Shown here: in pieces, positions 48,988 through 57,327 of the stretch | How the letters are laid out: each line of letters begins with the position of its first letter | Numbering within the stretch: position 1 is the first letter of the stretch | Virus record (IMG/VR): IMGVR_UViG_3300025828_000016 | Span: 1 to 64,000 of that record | Direction: 5' to 3' (one strand) | DNA: 64,000 nt | Source: a virus | Notes under the pieces: model-generated | The model's database searches: none | Seen by the model: only the letters and a program-made list of their open reading frames with translations | What the model was told of the DNA's origin: nothing | Program-made: the position numbers and the translations under genes

Positions 48988-49986
48988 TTATACTTCGTGA
49001 GGGGAACGAGAAAACACAACAGACTTAACAAAATGATTTGTGTTAAGTCGGCGTCGAATGTGATCTTCCATTCCGTGAGCATCTGAAAAGCGTTTGAGAG
49101 TTCCATTTTCGTTAACAGCGAAGTGACCAACATTTTCTAATACGTCCATTTTGTTGAAAACAATATGTGTTGCTCCATTAATGTTAACGGCTTTCTCCAA
49201 GAAGTTTAAGTTCATCCAGTTTACTTGGCGCTTTCTTCCTGTTGTTGCTCCGAACTCTTGCCCTTCCTCTTGAATTTTATTGAAAATATCGCCTGGAGGT
49301 TGAAATGTTTTAGAACCCACGTAAGTTTCATAAGACTTTGCTACTCCGTAAATGTTTCTTACTGCTTGTGGTGGAACACCGTTCATAAGCGCCGCTGCTG
49401 AAATACAGTTTGAAGAAGTTACATAAGGATAGGAACCCCAATCAATGTCTAGTCCAAAACCTTGTGCTCCCTCGAAAAGAATAACTGGGTTATGTGTTCT
49501 CTCGTGTAGTTCTTCGTAGAGGTCAATAAGATAAGGGCGAAGTTCAACAATATCCTCGGCACGAGTTCCAGTTCTAGCAAACTTATCACGGTAAGCGGGA
49601 CCGTTGCCTCGTTTAGTTGTGCCGATTTTTGATTCTTTTGCTTCTTCGTTAATGTGGTCTTGTGTGATAATGTGAGCGTTTTTAGCAATAAAAACGAGAC
49701 CTTTGGTTTTTACACCGCCGTCCTCTAACTCTTGAATTTCTTTAAAAAATTGTTCCACGTTGACGACACACCCCGGACCAATAATGGACCGAACGCCAAA
49801 AAATACACCGGCAGGTATATGATGAGTAATAAATTTTTTCCCTTGATGAAAGATAGTGTGACCGGCATTGCAACCGCCATTATATCTGATAACATGTGTG
49901 TATTCTCCTGTGCGACAAAGGTGATGAGTTACCTTTCCCTTTCCGCAATCGCCATACTGTAAATCAACTACGATATCTGAAATCAT
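48988..49986 (-). CDS. purA: Adenylosuccinate synthetase, short (332-aa) form
   Basis: QYGDCGKGK (catalytic Asp kept), GGCNAGHT, IGTT, EGAQG, YPYVTSS, GATTGRKR, NKMD. Confidence 0.93.
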   Translation of the reverse strand: MISDIVVDLQYGDCGKGKVTHHLCRTGEYTHVIRYNGGCNAGHTIFHQGKKFITHHIPAGVFFGVRSIIGPGCVVNVEQFFKEIQELEDGGVKTKGLVFIAKNAHIITQDHINEEAKESKIGTTKRGNGPAYRDKFARTGTRAEDIVELRPYLIDLYEELHERTHNPVILFEGAQGFGLDIDWGSYPYVTSSNCISAAALMNGVPPQAVRNIYGVAKSYETYVGSKTFQPPGDIFNKIQEEGQEFGATTGRKRQVNWMNLNFLEKAVNINGATHIVFNKMDVLENVGHFAVNENGTLKRFSDAHGMEDHIRRRLNTNHFVKSVVFSRSPHEV

Positions 49987-49987
49987 T

Positions 49988-50038
49988 TAAAACCTCCAAA
50001 TGAGGTTTTATTATAACATAAAGGATTAAATAGTTAAA
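49988..50038 (-). promoter_or_regulatory. purA control region: sigma70-like promoter (TTTAAC-N17-TATAAT, TG-extended) and a 9-bp RBS-sequestering hairpin
   Basis: -35 at 50033-50038, -10 at 50010-50015; perfect inverted repeat TAAAACCTC/GAGGTTTTA at 49988-50010. Confidence 0.65.
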
Positions 50039-50042
50039 GTTT

Positions 50043-51896
50043 TTAGTTTCCGCTACAAGCAGTTTCATCAAGGATTTGTAAAAGGTTTCCGTACATTTGT
50101 TCTGCGGAATCAGTAAGTTGCATCATTTTTGCTTTTGTAGAAGCATCAGTAATCGAAGACCATTGAAGATTCGCAAAACCAGAAGTAAAGGCATAAAGAT
50201 TAAAGTCAAGTGCCGCTTCTATTGCCGCTATTACGTTTGATTCTGTTATCTGTGGAAACAAATAAGATTGTGGTTTCTCGTCTGTAAATAATATAACAAC
50301 TCTTTTTGTGTCTTCACGCCATTCTACTTCCCATTCTTCTTTTGGAGGTATAGAACCAGCATTATAGTTAATATTTAACCAAGTCGCCGCATTTACATCA
50401 TAATCTCCACCGCCAACAAGATTTTTAATTGAAAAATAAATGGCGTCTAAACTTTGTTCGTTTCCTCCACTTTGCTGCAGAGGGTCTATCCCAGCGAAAG
50501 AAGACATAAAATCTTCAAAGTTATTTAGGTTTGTTTGTAGTTTCATTTTCTCTATTGGGAAAGAAGTTTCAGGGTCGTTTTCTCGAATAGCAATAAGAAC
50601 AAGTCCCCATCTTATAACCTCTGAATCGCTGTAATAAAGAGCAAACTGACTTAAGGCAGAAAACACAGCATTAATCTCAAAAGTCATAGAACCAGACATA
50701 TCTACAATAAATAAAATGTCTGTTGGGTCCAGTTCCTTTTCTATAATGCCGTCGCAGTTTGTATCTTCGCCATTACAAATGTCTTCGGTCATAGGAGCAA
50801 CTTCGTCTAAACAGAAATCAGGAATAAAAGAACCTTCAACATTATTTCCCCATTCTCCTTCTTTACAGAAAGAAAATCCAGGTTTACAAATGCCTACACC
50901 CATAGTTTGAGGTGGTCCGCTATAACAAAGAGCATAAAGATCTTCGTCTACAAGTTCGTTGCAGTTGTCGTCGTGATTATTGCACTCTTCTGGGATTATC
51001 TTGCCCAAATAAGGGTCGCAGACTTCACCTTCTGCTACAAAGTCTGGGAACCAATGACATTGAGCGAGACAATCCGTCATTTGGAAGGTGGTGCAAAGTT
51101 CGTCAGAACATTCACAAGTTTTAAAACCTTCTCCACAAACTAATGGGTTTTCAGCACAAGGAACTAACATTCCAAGGTCTTTTTCTTGACAGAAGCATTC
51201 TATTCCTTCGTCGATTTGACCGTCGCAGTCGTCGTCCAAACCATTACAGATTTCTTCTTTTGGTTTTTTTGCGGTGCAGACCCAGTTTCCAGCAACGCAA
51301 TATTCTAGGTTGTCCTCACAAGCAGTAGAGCAAGGACGCACAATATCTTCGTCTACTGCACCGTCGCAGTCATTATCAATATTATCGCAGGTTTCTTGCG
51401 GAACTATCCCACAAAAACCACAAGCATTTAGTTGCCCTTCGTCTGTTTCCCCATCACAGTCGTCGTCAAACCCATTACAAACTTCCTCACCGCAGTTTGC
51501 TATGCAATCTGTAAATTTTATTATTCCTTTTACGCAAACTTTGTCCTGTAAACCCTGCCTTCCTTCGTCGTCAACACAAGAAATATCTGTTTCGATAAGA
51601 TACTGGGTTGGGTTGCATTCTAGCTTTTTTTCGCATTCACCTTCATAGACAATAGTTTTAGGTTCATTACATTCATTTACGCAAATCTGTTTTTGCCAAA
51701 CCTCGGATAAATCTTCACAGAAATACCAAGAGCAAACAACACATGGGTCTTCCCAAATAGAGTAAGTGTCTTCTTGGATAACTAAATCAACAACGTCTTG
51801 TGTGTCTTCTGGTTGGACTGAAACTTCTTTTAGATCTTCCTGTTTATTGGAGCAAGAGGCGACAAGCACCAGAAATGAAAAGAGAATTGACTTCAT
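50043..51896 (-). CDS. Lipoprotein with five Cys/Asp-rich metal-binding (MopE-related-type) repeats and a C-terminal vWA domain
   Basis: Lipobox-like LVASC; ExCNGxDDDCDGxxDE x5; ILFIVDMSGSM (MIDAS); ILFTDE. Confidence 0.85.
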   Translation of the reverse strand: MKSILFSFLVLVASCSNKQEDLKEVSVQPEDTQDVVDLVIQEDTYSIWEDPCVVCSWYFCEDLSEVWQKQICVNECNEPKTIVYEGECEKKLECNPTQYLIETDISCVDDEGRQGLQDKVCVKGIIKFTDCIANCGEEVCNGFDDDCDGETDEGQLNACGFCGIVPQETCDNIDNDCDGAVDEDIVRPCSTACEDNLEYCVAGNWVCTAKKPKEEICNGLDDDCDGQIDEGIECFCQEKDLGMLVPCAENPLVCGEGFKTCECSDELCTTFQMTDCLAQCHWFPDFVAEGEVCDPYLGKIIPEECNNHDDNCNELVDEDLYALCYSGPPQTMGVGICKPGFSFCKEGEWGNNVEGSFIPDFCLDEVAPMTEDICNGEDTNCDGIIEKELDPTDILFIVDMSGSMTFEINAVFSALSQFALYYSDSEVIRWGLVLIAIRENDPETSFPIEKMKLQTNLNNFEDFMSSFAGIDPLQQSGGNEQSLDAIYFSIKNLVGGGDYDVNAATWLNINYNAGSIPPKEEWEVEWREDTKRVVILFTDEKPQSYLFPQITESNVIAAIEAALDFNLYAFTSGFANLQWSSITDASTKAKMMQLTDSAEQMYGNLLQILDETACSGN

Positions 51897-51912
51897 ATAG
51901 TAATTATGAATT

Positions 51913-52266
51913 TTAGGTGAAAGTGTCGTCTATTTGAGGTAATTTTGTGATACGAGTTGAGATAATTCGGTCTCCGTCAGCGTCTTTCATAGTGCCGATT
52001 TTTTGACCGACTTGTTGTAGGTAAGTTAATGCTTTTCCTGGTTCAACGTAAAAACGAACATAAAGTTTCATTAGTTTATTATTGTTTGGGTCTCGCTGAA
52101 TACCTTCGGCGGCACGAATAACAGTGATACCTTCTATTCCACGGATAGCCTCAAACACACGACCATAAAGTTTAGTTGCGCTTTCTGCTTTTACGAGAAG
52201 TTCCGCTTCATAAACCGCTTTTTGTTCGGTTAAAAAGTATTTGAAGTTTTCAAAAAGGTTTTTCAC
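51913..52266 (-). CDS. Tagged hypothetical protein (class B tag; ferredoxin-like fold possible)
   Basis: Starts MKNLFENFKYFLTE; AIRGIEGITVI. Confidence 0.7.
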   Translation of the reverse strand: MKNLFENFKYFLTEQKAVYEAELLVKAESATKLYGRVFEAIRGIEGITVIRAAEGIQRDPNNNKLMKLYVRFYVEPGKALTYLQQVGQKIGTMKDADGDRIISTRITKLPQIDDTFT

Positions 52267-52277
52267 AGTTTATTGTC

Positions 52278-53114
52278 TTACTTACCTGTAACTGCTTTTG
52301 CAGTTTTAAGAACGCCCCTAAAAGCATCAGGGGCATCATTTATAATCTCAGCAGTTGTTCGGCTTCCGAAATCCATAATAGACTTAATTACATTTATTGT
52401 TTGTGCCTTGTATTCTTTTGGTATATCTGGGCTATCTATTGAACTAATCATATCTTTAAGTTCACTCGTGCCAAGTTTATAAACGACTTTTGCAGCACCT
52501 TTTAAGGTGTTAACATCTACCAGTTCTTTTGCATTTTGCAATTTTTCTAGTTCTGCAACTCCTCTTATGAAATGTTCAGCGGTATCAAAGGTTTGCGATT
52601 TGGCTGCAATTCCTTTTATAAAGTTGTATTTATCAATACTTATTGGTTTGCCACCAGCGGCTAATTTTGCTTGTGCTTCTGGAGCAAGAAACACTGACAT
52701 AACTAAAAATAGTAATAATGTCGCAAGTATTTTACATAAGATTGGTCTATTTTTACAAAATTTTCCGACTTTTTCAAAAATTTTTGCACCTGCTTTCAAA
52801 GCGGCAAATCCTGCTCTTTTTGCCATTTGCATAATCTGGATTGTTTTTTCAAGAACAAAATCACTTATTTTGTCTTTTACTTTTCCAACTGCTTGACCAA
52901 TTTTTTGACCAACCTCGCGAGCCTTATCAACAATGCTTTGTTCTAAAATTAGCAATTCTTTTTCAAGTTGATTAAACTCTCTATCAAATTCTTTTTCCCA
53001 TCTTTCATAGAGTTGAGTTTCGTTTATTACTTTTCTATCGTACTGTTCAAGCATTAACTGATATGGATTTTCATTAAACTTTTTCCAGTTTTCCATTATT
53101 AATTTTGTTTCCAT
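52278..53114 (-). CDS. Tagged protein with coiled coil and one hydrophobic helix (start moved to ATG 53114)
   Basis: AAAGGGG RBS, METKLIMENWKKFNE; ILATLLLFLVMSVFL. Confidence 0.7.
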   Translation of the reverse strand: METKLIMENWKKFNENPYQLMLEQYDRKVINETQLYERWEKEFDREFNQLEKELLILEQSIVDKAREVGQKIGQAVGKVKDKISDFVLEKTIQIMQMAKRAGFAALKAGAKIFEKVGKFCKNRPILCKILATLLLFLVMSVFLAPEAQAKLAAGGKPISIDKYNFIKGIAAKSQTFDTAEHFIRGVAELEKLQNAKELVDVNTLKGAAKVVYKLGTSELKDMISSIDSPDIPKEYKAQTINVIKSIMDFGSRTTAEIINDAPDAFRGVLKTAKAVTGK

Positions 53115-53145
53115 TGCAAATTTCCCCTTTGAATCGTAAATATAA

Positions 53146-53487
53146 TTAGTTGCTTTCTTCCAAAGATCCACCAAAACCGGGAGGTGCCGACTTTGATCTT
53201 TTATAAGAAGGTTTAGTCATTCCTTTTACTTTATAATTATTACCACCTTTTCCAACAAGACGGATTTTCATTTTCTTGTGTTTCTTTTTTACTGCTTTCT
53301 GAAAAGGTTCTTCTTCGTTTAGGTTATCGCAAAACTGCTTCATAGAAAAACCCTTTGGGTTGTCGCACTTCTTTGCTCGTTTTCTTCTTTCTGACTTCGA
53401 CCACTTTTCTTGGAGACCGTTAGGTTCCATATAGGGATGGTCTTTGAGATACTTCGCCATTTTTGATGATACTTTAAACTTAATCAA
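53146..53487 (-). CDS. Small basic modular protein
   Basis: LQE|KWSKSERRKRAKKCDNPKGFSMKQFCDNLNE|EEPFQKAVKKKHKK...SLEE. Confidence 0.7.
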   Translation of the reverse strand: MIKFKVSSKMAKYLKDHPYMEPNGLQEKWSKSERRKRAKKCDNPKGFSMKQFCDNLNEEEPFQKAVKKKHKKMKIRLVGKGGNNYKVKGMTKPSYKRSKSAPPGFGGSLEESN

Positions 53488-54112
53488 CTTTCACAAGTTC
53501 CTTCTTTTCTTTATCTAGTTTATAACCAGTTATTTCTGGGTCTACCTCGCCAACATTAAAGAAGTCGAAACCAGGGAGAATAGCAATCTTCTGTTCTGGA
53601 AAGAACCCTCTTTTTATAAAATGACTTGCCTGTCCTACGACCTCGGTGAAAAGTGCCCCTGCTGCTTCGGGAGGAACTGTTTTCATATGTCTATTGTAGG
53701 AGGCGATTTCACCACGAAGGTCAAAACCGGTTTTACCTTGACAGTGGGTCATGTAGTCATGAACTGCTCTCAACTTTAAGTTTAGTTCTGGGTCAAAGAC
53801 AGGGTGAGTAGTTCCACCAGACCAGATTTTTAGAACGCCGTTTTCTAGGGCGTCTTTACACATTTCTTTTTCGGAGGGATAAGGATCTTCATCTACAAAC
53901 TGAACGTCTACTCTGGACCCTATTTGTTTAAACATTTTATTTATGAAAGGTTCTAATGCCTCAAACGCAGGAACGGCAGATTCTTCGAAGGTCGGTGCTT
54001 TTTCATATGCTTGCGCTACGAGTTCTCCATAGAGATCCCAACCGTTTTCTCCTGGTTTGAGAACCAGTTTTTCATTTAGGAACTGTCTCCAGTTTTCAAA
54101 TAGAAGTTTCAT
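53480..54112 (-). CDS. Tagged protein with an HDxxxH...E putative metal site
   Basis: GGAGG RBS, MKLLFENWRQFLNE; LRAVHDYMTH...GEIA...LFTEVVGQ. Confidence 0.7.
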   Translation of the reverse strand: MKLLFENWRQFLNEKLVLKPGENGWDLYGELVAQAYEKAPTFEESAVPAFEALEPFINKMFKQIGSRVDVQFVDEDPYPSEKEMCKDALENGVLKIWSGGTTHPVFDPELNLKLRAVHDYMTHCQGKTGFDLRGEIASYNRHMKTVPPEAAGALFTEVVGQASHFIKRGFFPEQKIAILPGFDFFNVGEVDPEITGYKLDKEKKELVKVD

Positions 54113-54695
54113 TTTCAACCTCCGGTATTACAACCGCCCAGTCTTCACCCCATTGGTTTGCTGGTGGAACGTCTCCACGACCAGACCAAGCAGAAAGAAC
54201 AGAATAAAGTTTATTATCTTCAAGTGCTCTTATTACCTCTGGGTCTTCTCTGAGACTTTCAGGGACATACTGTAAGTCGCTTGTTGGTCTAACTACTACT
54301 GATAGTTTGTCTGTCTTGAAATCTTCAAGAGGTTGAGAGGTTTTATAACCTTTGACGAATATTGGTCCTTGTCTGTCTTCTTTCTCTACTTCTACTTCTT
54401 GTGCGTTTTCTAACTCTTTTGCCTCACTATCGGGCAAAACCAAGTCATAACCAACACCTGGAACGTTAATAGTATAAACCGCTTGACTTGGGTTTACATC
54501 TATCTCTTCTAGTGCTTTATTTACCAAAGATAAATCAAAATCAGCAAATATAGAACCTTTTCCTGGTTCTTTGTGTCCTCTTTCGATATGACCCTTAGCC
54601 CAATCAGAAAATATTATTACAGAATCGTTAGTTTTTACAAGTTCGTCGGCTTCCTTTAATATATACTTACGCCAGTTTTCCATTAGAAGCTTCAT
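54096..54695 (-). CDS. Tagged hypothetical protein
   Basis: MKLLMENWRKYILKE; HIERGH...GSIF. Confidence 0.7.
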   Translation of the reverse strand: MKLLMENWRKYILKEADELVKTNDSVIIFSDWAKGHIERGHKEPGKGSIFADFDLSLVNKALEEIDVNPSQAVYTINVPGVGYDLVLPDSEAKELENAQEVEVEKEDRQGPIFVKGYKTSQPLEDFKTDKLSVVVRPTSDLQYVPESLREDPEVIRALEDNKLYSVLSAWSGRGDVPPANQWGEDWAVVIPEVENETSI

Positions 54696-54967
54696 TTCTT
54701 GATAATCTCCACAATAAGTTTGTTCTTACCCATAAGTAGTCTGTGCCAAGTGTAAGCAGGAATAAAATAAGTCTGACCTTTCTCTAACTTCACCGGAACC
54801 TCGTTTTCCAGTTGTAAATGCCAATCTTTTGACTTTTCTACTGTTATTTGGCGGTCTTCACGGTCTTTATGCCAGATTAACTCACTATTTGAGGTGTTTT
54901 CAGCGTCAAAAATGCGAATAACCTTGTTTTCGGTTATTTTTATCTCTTCAAAGGGGAACTCACGCAC
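54692..54967 (-). CDS. Small cupin-like protein
   Basis: WHKDREDR...GQTYFIPAYTWHRL. Confidence 0.7.
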   Translation of the reverse strand: MREFPFEEIKITENKVIRIFDAENTSNSELIWHKDREDRQITVEKSKDWHLQLENEVPVKLEKGQTYFIPAYTWHRLLMGKNKLIVEIIKK

Positions 54968-55551
54968 TACCAGAACCTACCGGGGACATTCTTACCAAAA
55001 TACTTGTGTGCTCGACAAGCCCAGTATCCTGCTTTGGTTTTATCTTTCTTTTCAGCGCAATTATGGCGATTTGCGAAGTTGGCACGAGCTTCAGCGTTAT
55101 TCCAGTTGCCTTTTAGACCGCCTTTCTTGTCTCCGAAGGTTACTTTTTTAATATTTCCGGTTTTTGGGTCTCTAACAAAGACTTTATACTTCTTTCCACC
55201 ACCAGAATTAAGAGTTGGTTTGTTAAGTGGCGGATTTTTCTTCTTTTTTGCCTTCTTTTTCTTCTCATCAAGGGGCATTGGGAAGTCAAGAGGCACTTTT
55301 TTGCCTTCATAGAGGGCGAATTCGCCAATATCAGTCTCATTTATCCAATATTTTTCGTTTTCGTCCAATTTATAGAGCCCATTTTTGGATAATTTGCGAA
55401 CTTCAGCAAATAACTCGAAATACTTGGTTGAACCCGGTCTAAAAATGTTCTCATTTAAGCGAATATTGTTCTTTAAATGGAACTTTAGACCCTCGGACAG
55501 TAGGTTGTCCATTTCTTCACGAATAATACGTTTTAGTTCGAAAAGTTTCAT
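54967..55551 (-). CDS. Tagged modular basic protein (start moved to ATG 55551)
   Basis: MKLFELKRIIREEM; LDE|KKKKAKKKK; KKVTFGD...ARANFANRHNC...AGYWAC. Confidence 0.75.
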   Translation of the reverse strand: MKLFELKRIIREEMDNLLSEGLKFHLKNNIRLNENIFRPGSTKYFELFAEVRKLSKNGLYKLDENEKYWINETDIGEFALYEGKKVPLDFPMPLDEKKKKAKKKKNPPLNKPTLNSGGGKKYKVFVRDPKTGNIKKVTFGDKKGGLKGNWNNAEARANFANRHNCAEKKDKTKAGYWACRAHKYFGKNVPGRFW

Positions 55552-55573
55552 TATTTCTAGTCCTTTAATCCTT

Positions 55574-56059
55574 TTATGCTTGTTGTTTTTGCATTGCATC
55601 TGGACCTTTTGCAATTGGTACCATATAAACGGTGTTTGGATCTCTAGGTTCGAATACGAAAGCCCTAGTTACACCAGAACCAGGGTTCTCATCAACAAAG
55701 TCAATAAAAATTTGACCAGGGTTTGCCTTTTCAAACGCTTTTATTTTTTCTGGTTTAAACTCTCCCTGTCGTTTTAGTTGTATATAACGCTCTTTGGTGT
55801 CGATATGTGGAACATGTACGGATAATGCATCTTTGGTTAGTTCCACATCTTTTGCGTTGGGAGAGCGTCTTCGATGTTTTCTAGTATCAAACTTTGCATC
55901 CGAGTAACTCATCTTTCTGAATTGAGAAATGTGACCGCCCCAACCGGGATCTAAAACATCCCAGGTGCTTGCTTCTTTGTCCATACCTGATAATTCTTCT
56001 TTTAGGATTTGTATCTCTTCTTTAATAATATCTTTTAGTTGATTTTTTGTGATTTTCAT
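55574..56059 (-). CDS. Tagged hypothetical protein
   Basis: MKITKNQLKDIIKEEIQILKEE. Confidence 0.75.
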   Translation of the reverse strand: MKITKNQLKDIIKEEIQILKEELSGMDKEASTWDVLDPGWGGHISQFRKMSYSDAKFDTRKHRRRSPNAKDVELTKDALSVHVPHIDTKERYIQLKRQGEFKPEKIKAFEKANPGQIFIDFVDENPGSGVTRAFVFEPRDPNTVYMVPIAKGPDAMQKQQA

Positions 56060-56670
56060 CCTTTTTTCCCCTTTGCTGTTTTCTTACCCCAAGACTTTCC
56101 ACGTCCTCGCTCTTTACAAGCACCAGGAGTGGGACGACAAGCAGGATATTTTGCTCGTTTTTCGCCTTTTTCACGACCACATGCTTTACATTTAGTTCGA
56201 CCGGTCTTTTTATCTTTACGGCAAGTGTTACAGTCTACCCAACCGCCTTTTTTACCTTTTGCGCCTTTGCGTTTAAACCAGTCTCTTAGTGAGGATTCTT
56301 TGCTTGATTCAGTTCCCGCTTTCTTTTTTTTTTCGTCTAACTCTATTTCGACAATGTATCCTTCTTCTGGTTCGTCGGCACAGTTGCCTTCTTTGATGCC
56401 TTTCCAGATTTCACCACGACGGCATCTTACAACAGCACCAGAAGCATAAGCAGACGGCCAAGTATCGTATTTGCGTTTAGCAATGCGGACACAACGGTCG
56501 TCTTTTTTCTTTTTCTTCTTCTTTTTTTTCTTTTTCTTTTTTTCGTCGAGGGTTTCATCGACAGAGGATAAGACTTCGATGTCGTTGTCTTCTGTATCAA
56601 CAGGGTTCTGAATATTTCTACCAGCGGGAGGTGATAGGACTATTTCTCTTATGTTGATACTTATTGACAT
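56056..56670 (-). CDS. Highly basic Cys-rich modular protein with a 13-Lys run
   Basis: LDE|K13 DDRC...WPSAYASGAVVRC; LDE|KKKK...LRDWF...GGWVDC...YPACRP. Confidence 0.75.
   Translation of the reverse strand: MSISINIREIVLSPPAGRNIQNPVDTEDNDIEVLSSVDETLDEKKKKKKKKKKKKKDDRCVRIAKRKYDTWPSAYASGAVVRCRRGEIWKGIKEGNCADEPEEGYIVEIELDEKKKKAGTESSKESSLRDWFKRKGAKGKKGGWVDCNTCRKDKKTGRTKCKACGREKGEKRAKYPACRPTPGACKERGRGKSWGKKTAKGKKG
56503..56541 (-). repeat. 13 consecutive Lys codons (mixed AAA/AAG)
   Basis: Read directly from the sequence. Confidence 0.95.
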
Positions 56671-56894
56671 TATTTAGGTTTTCCTTCCATTTTTCTTACC
56701 AAAGAGTAGATTTCCCATCTCTTAAGTTTGCGTGCCATAGCAGCAATGTTAAATAGTTGTGGAGTTTGGACAAATGGAAAAATGCCGTGGACTAGTAGAC
56801 AACAAGATGACACGAGCATGTGAAATGCTGCTCTCCAGGCAAATTTGAGGTGTCCGAAGTAAGTTTCATTATTTTCTTTTAGATGCTTAATCAT
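56670..56894 (-). CDS. Small hydrophobic protein (DUF6356-like)
   Basis: HLKENNETYFGHLKFA...LVHGIFPF. Confidence 0.6.
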   Translation of the reverse strand: MIKHLKENNETYFGHLKFAWRAAFHMLVSSCCLLVHGIFPFVQTPQLFNIAAMARKLKRWEIYSLVRKMEGKPK

Positions 56895-57289
56895 TAACCC
56901 ACACCCAAAGAACCTGACCAGTTAGAACCAGATGGTGAAATATTAGTGATACGGTCTGATGAAATACCTGTAAGACCAGCAAAAACATCAACGTCTCCAG
57001 AACCACTCAGCCAAACTTGTGAAACTTTAACTTCAAATCTTTCAGAAGCGGTTTGACCTCTTACTGTGAAGTAGTTTGTACCGGCGCCATCAACTCCCAG
57101 TTCTGAAAACCCAACTCTACATACGTTAGCAGTGTTATTCACAACATAAATCCACCTAGATACAGATGGGAATTCTACACTCATAGTTTCAGAAGCATCA
57201 AGACCACCACTAACAAACGGCTTGCCGCTGGATTGATAAGAACCGACATTACTTAATCCGGTACCGTATTTATAATCTGGATAAGACAT
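56894..57289 (-). CDS. Small beta-rich putative virion protein, paralog 1
   Basis: MSYPDYKYGTGLSNVGSYQSSGKPF...NWSGSLGVG; AAGGAG RBS. Confidence 0.7.
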   Translation of the reverse strand: MSYPDYKYGTGLSNVGSYQSSGKPFVSGGLDASETMSVEFPSVSRWIYVVNNTANVCRVGFSELGVDGAGTNYFTVRGQTASERFEVKVSQVWLSGSGDVDVFAGLTGISSDRITNISPSGSNWSGSLGVG

Positions 57290-57327
57290 TTAAATCTCCT
57301 TTTTATGTAAGTAGTTAGTTTGTCTTC

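Noticed and set aside
48988-49986. PurZ / Z-genome system
   Set aside because: The catalytic Asp is retained (PurZ has Ser there), the TTGR loop and NKxD are PurA-like, and no datZ or mazZ is seen in the window.
56503-56541. Poly-A slippage or assembly artefact
   Set aside because: AAA and AAG codons are mixed, the frame is preserved, and the same LDE-Lys pattern recurs twice more.
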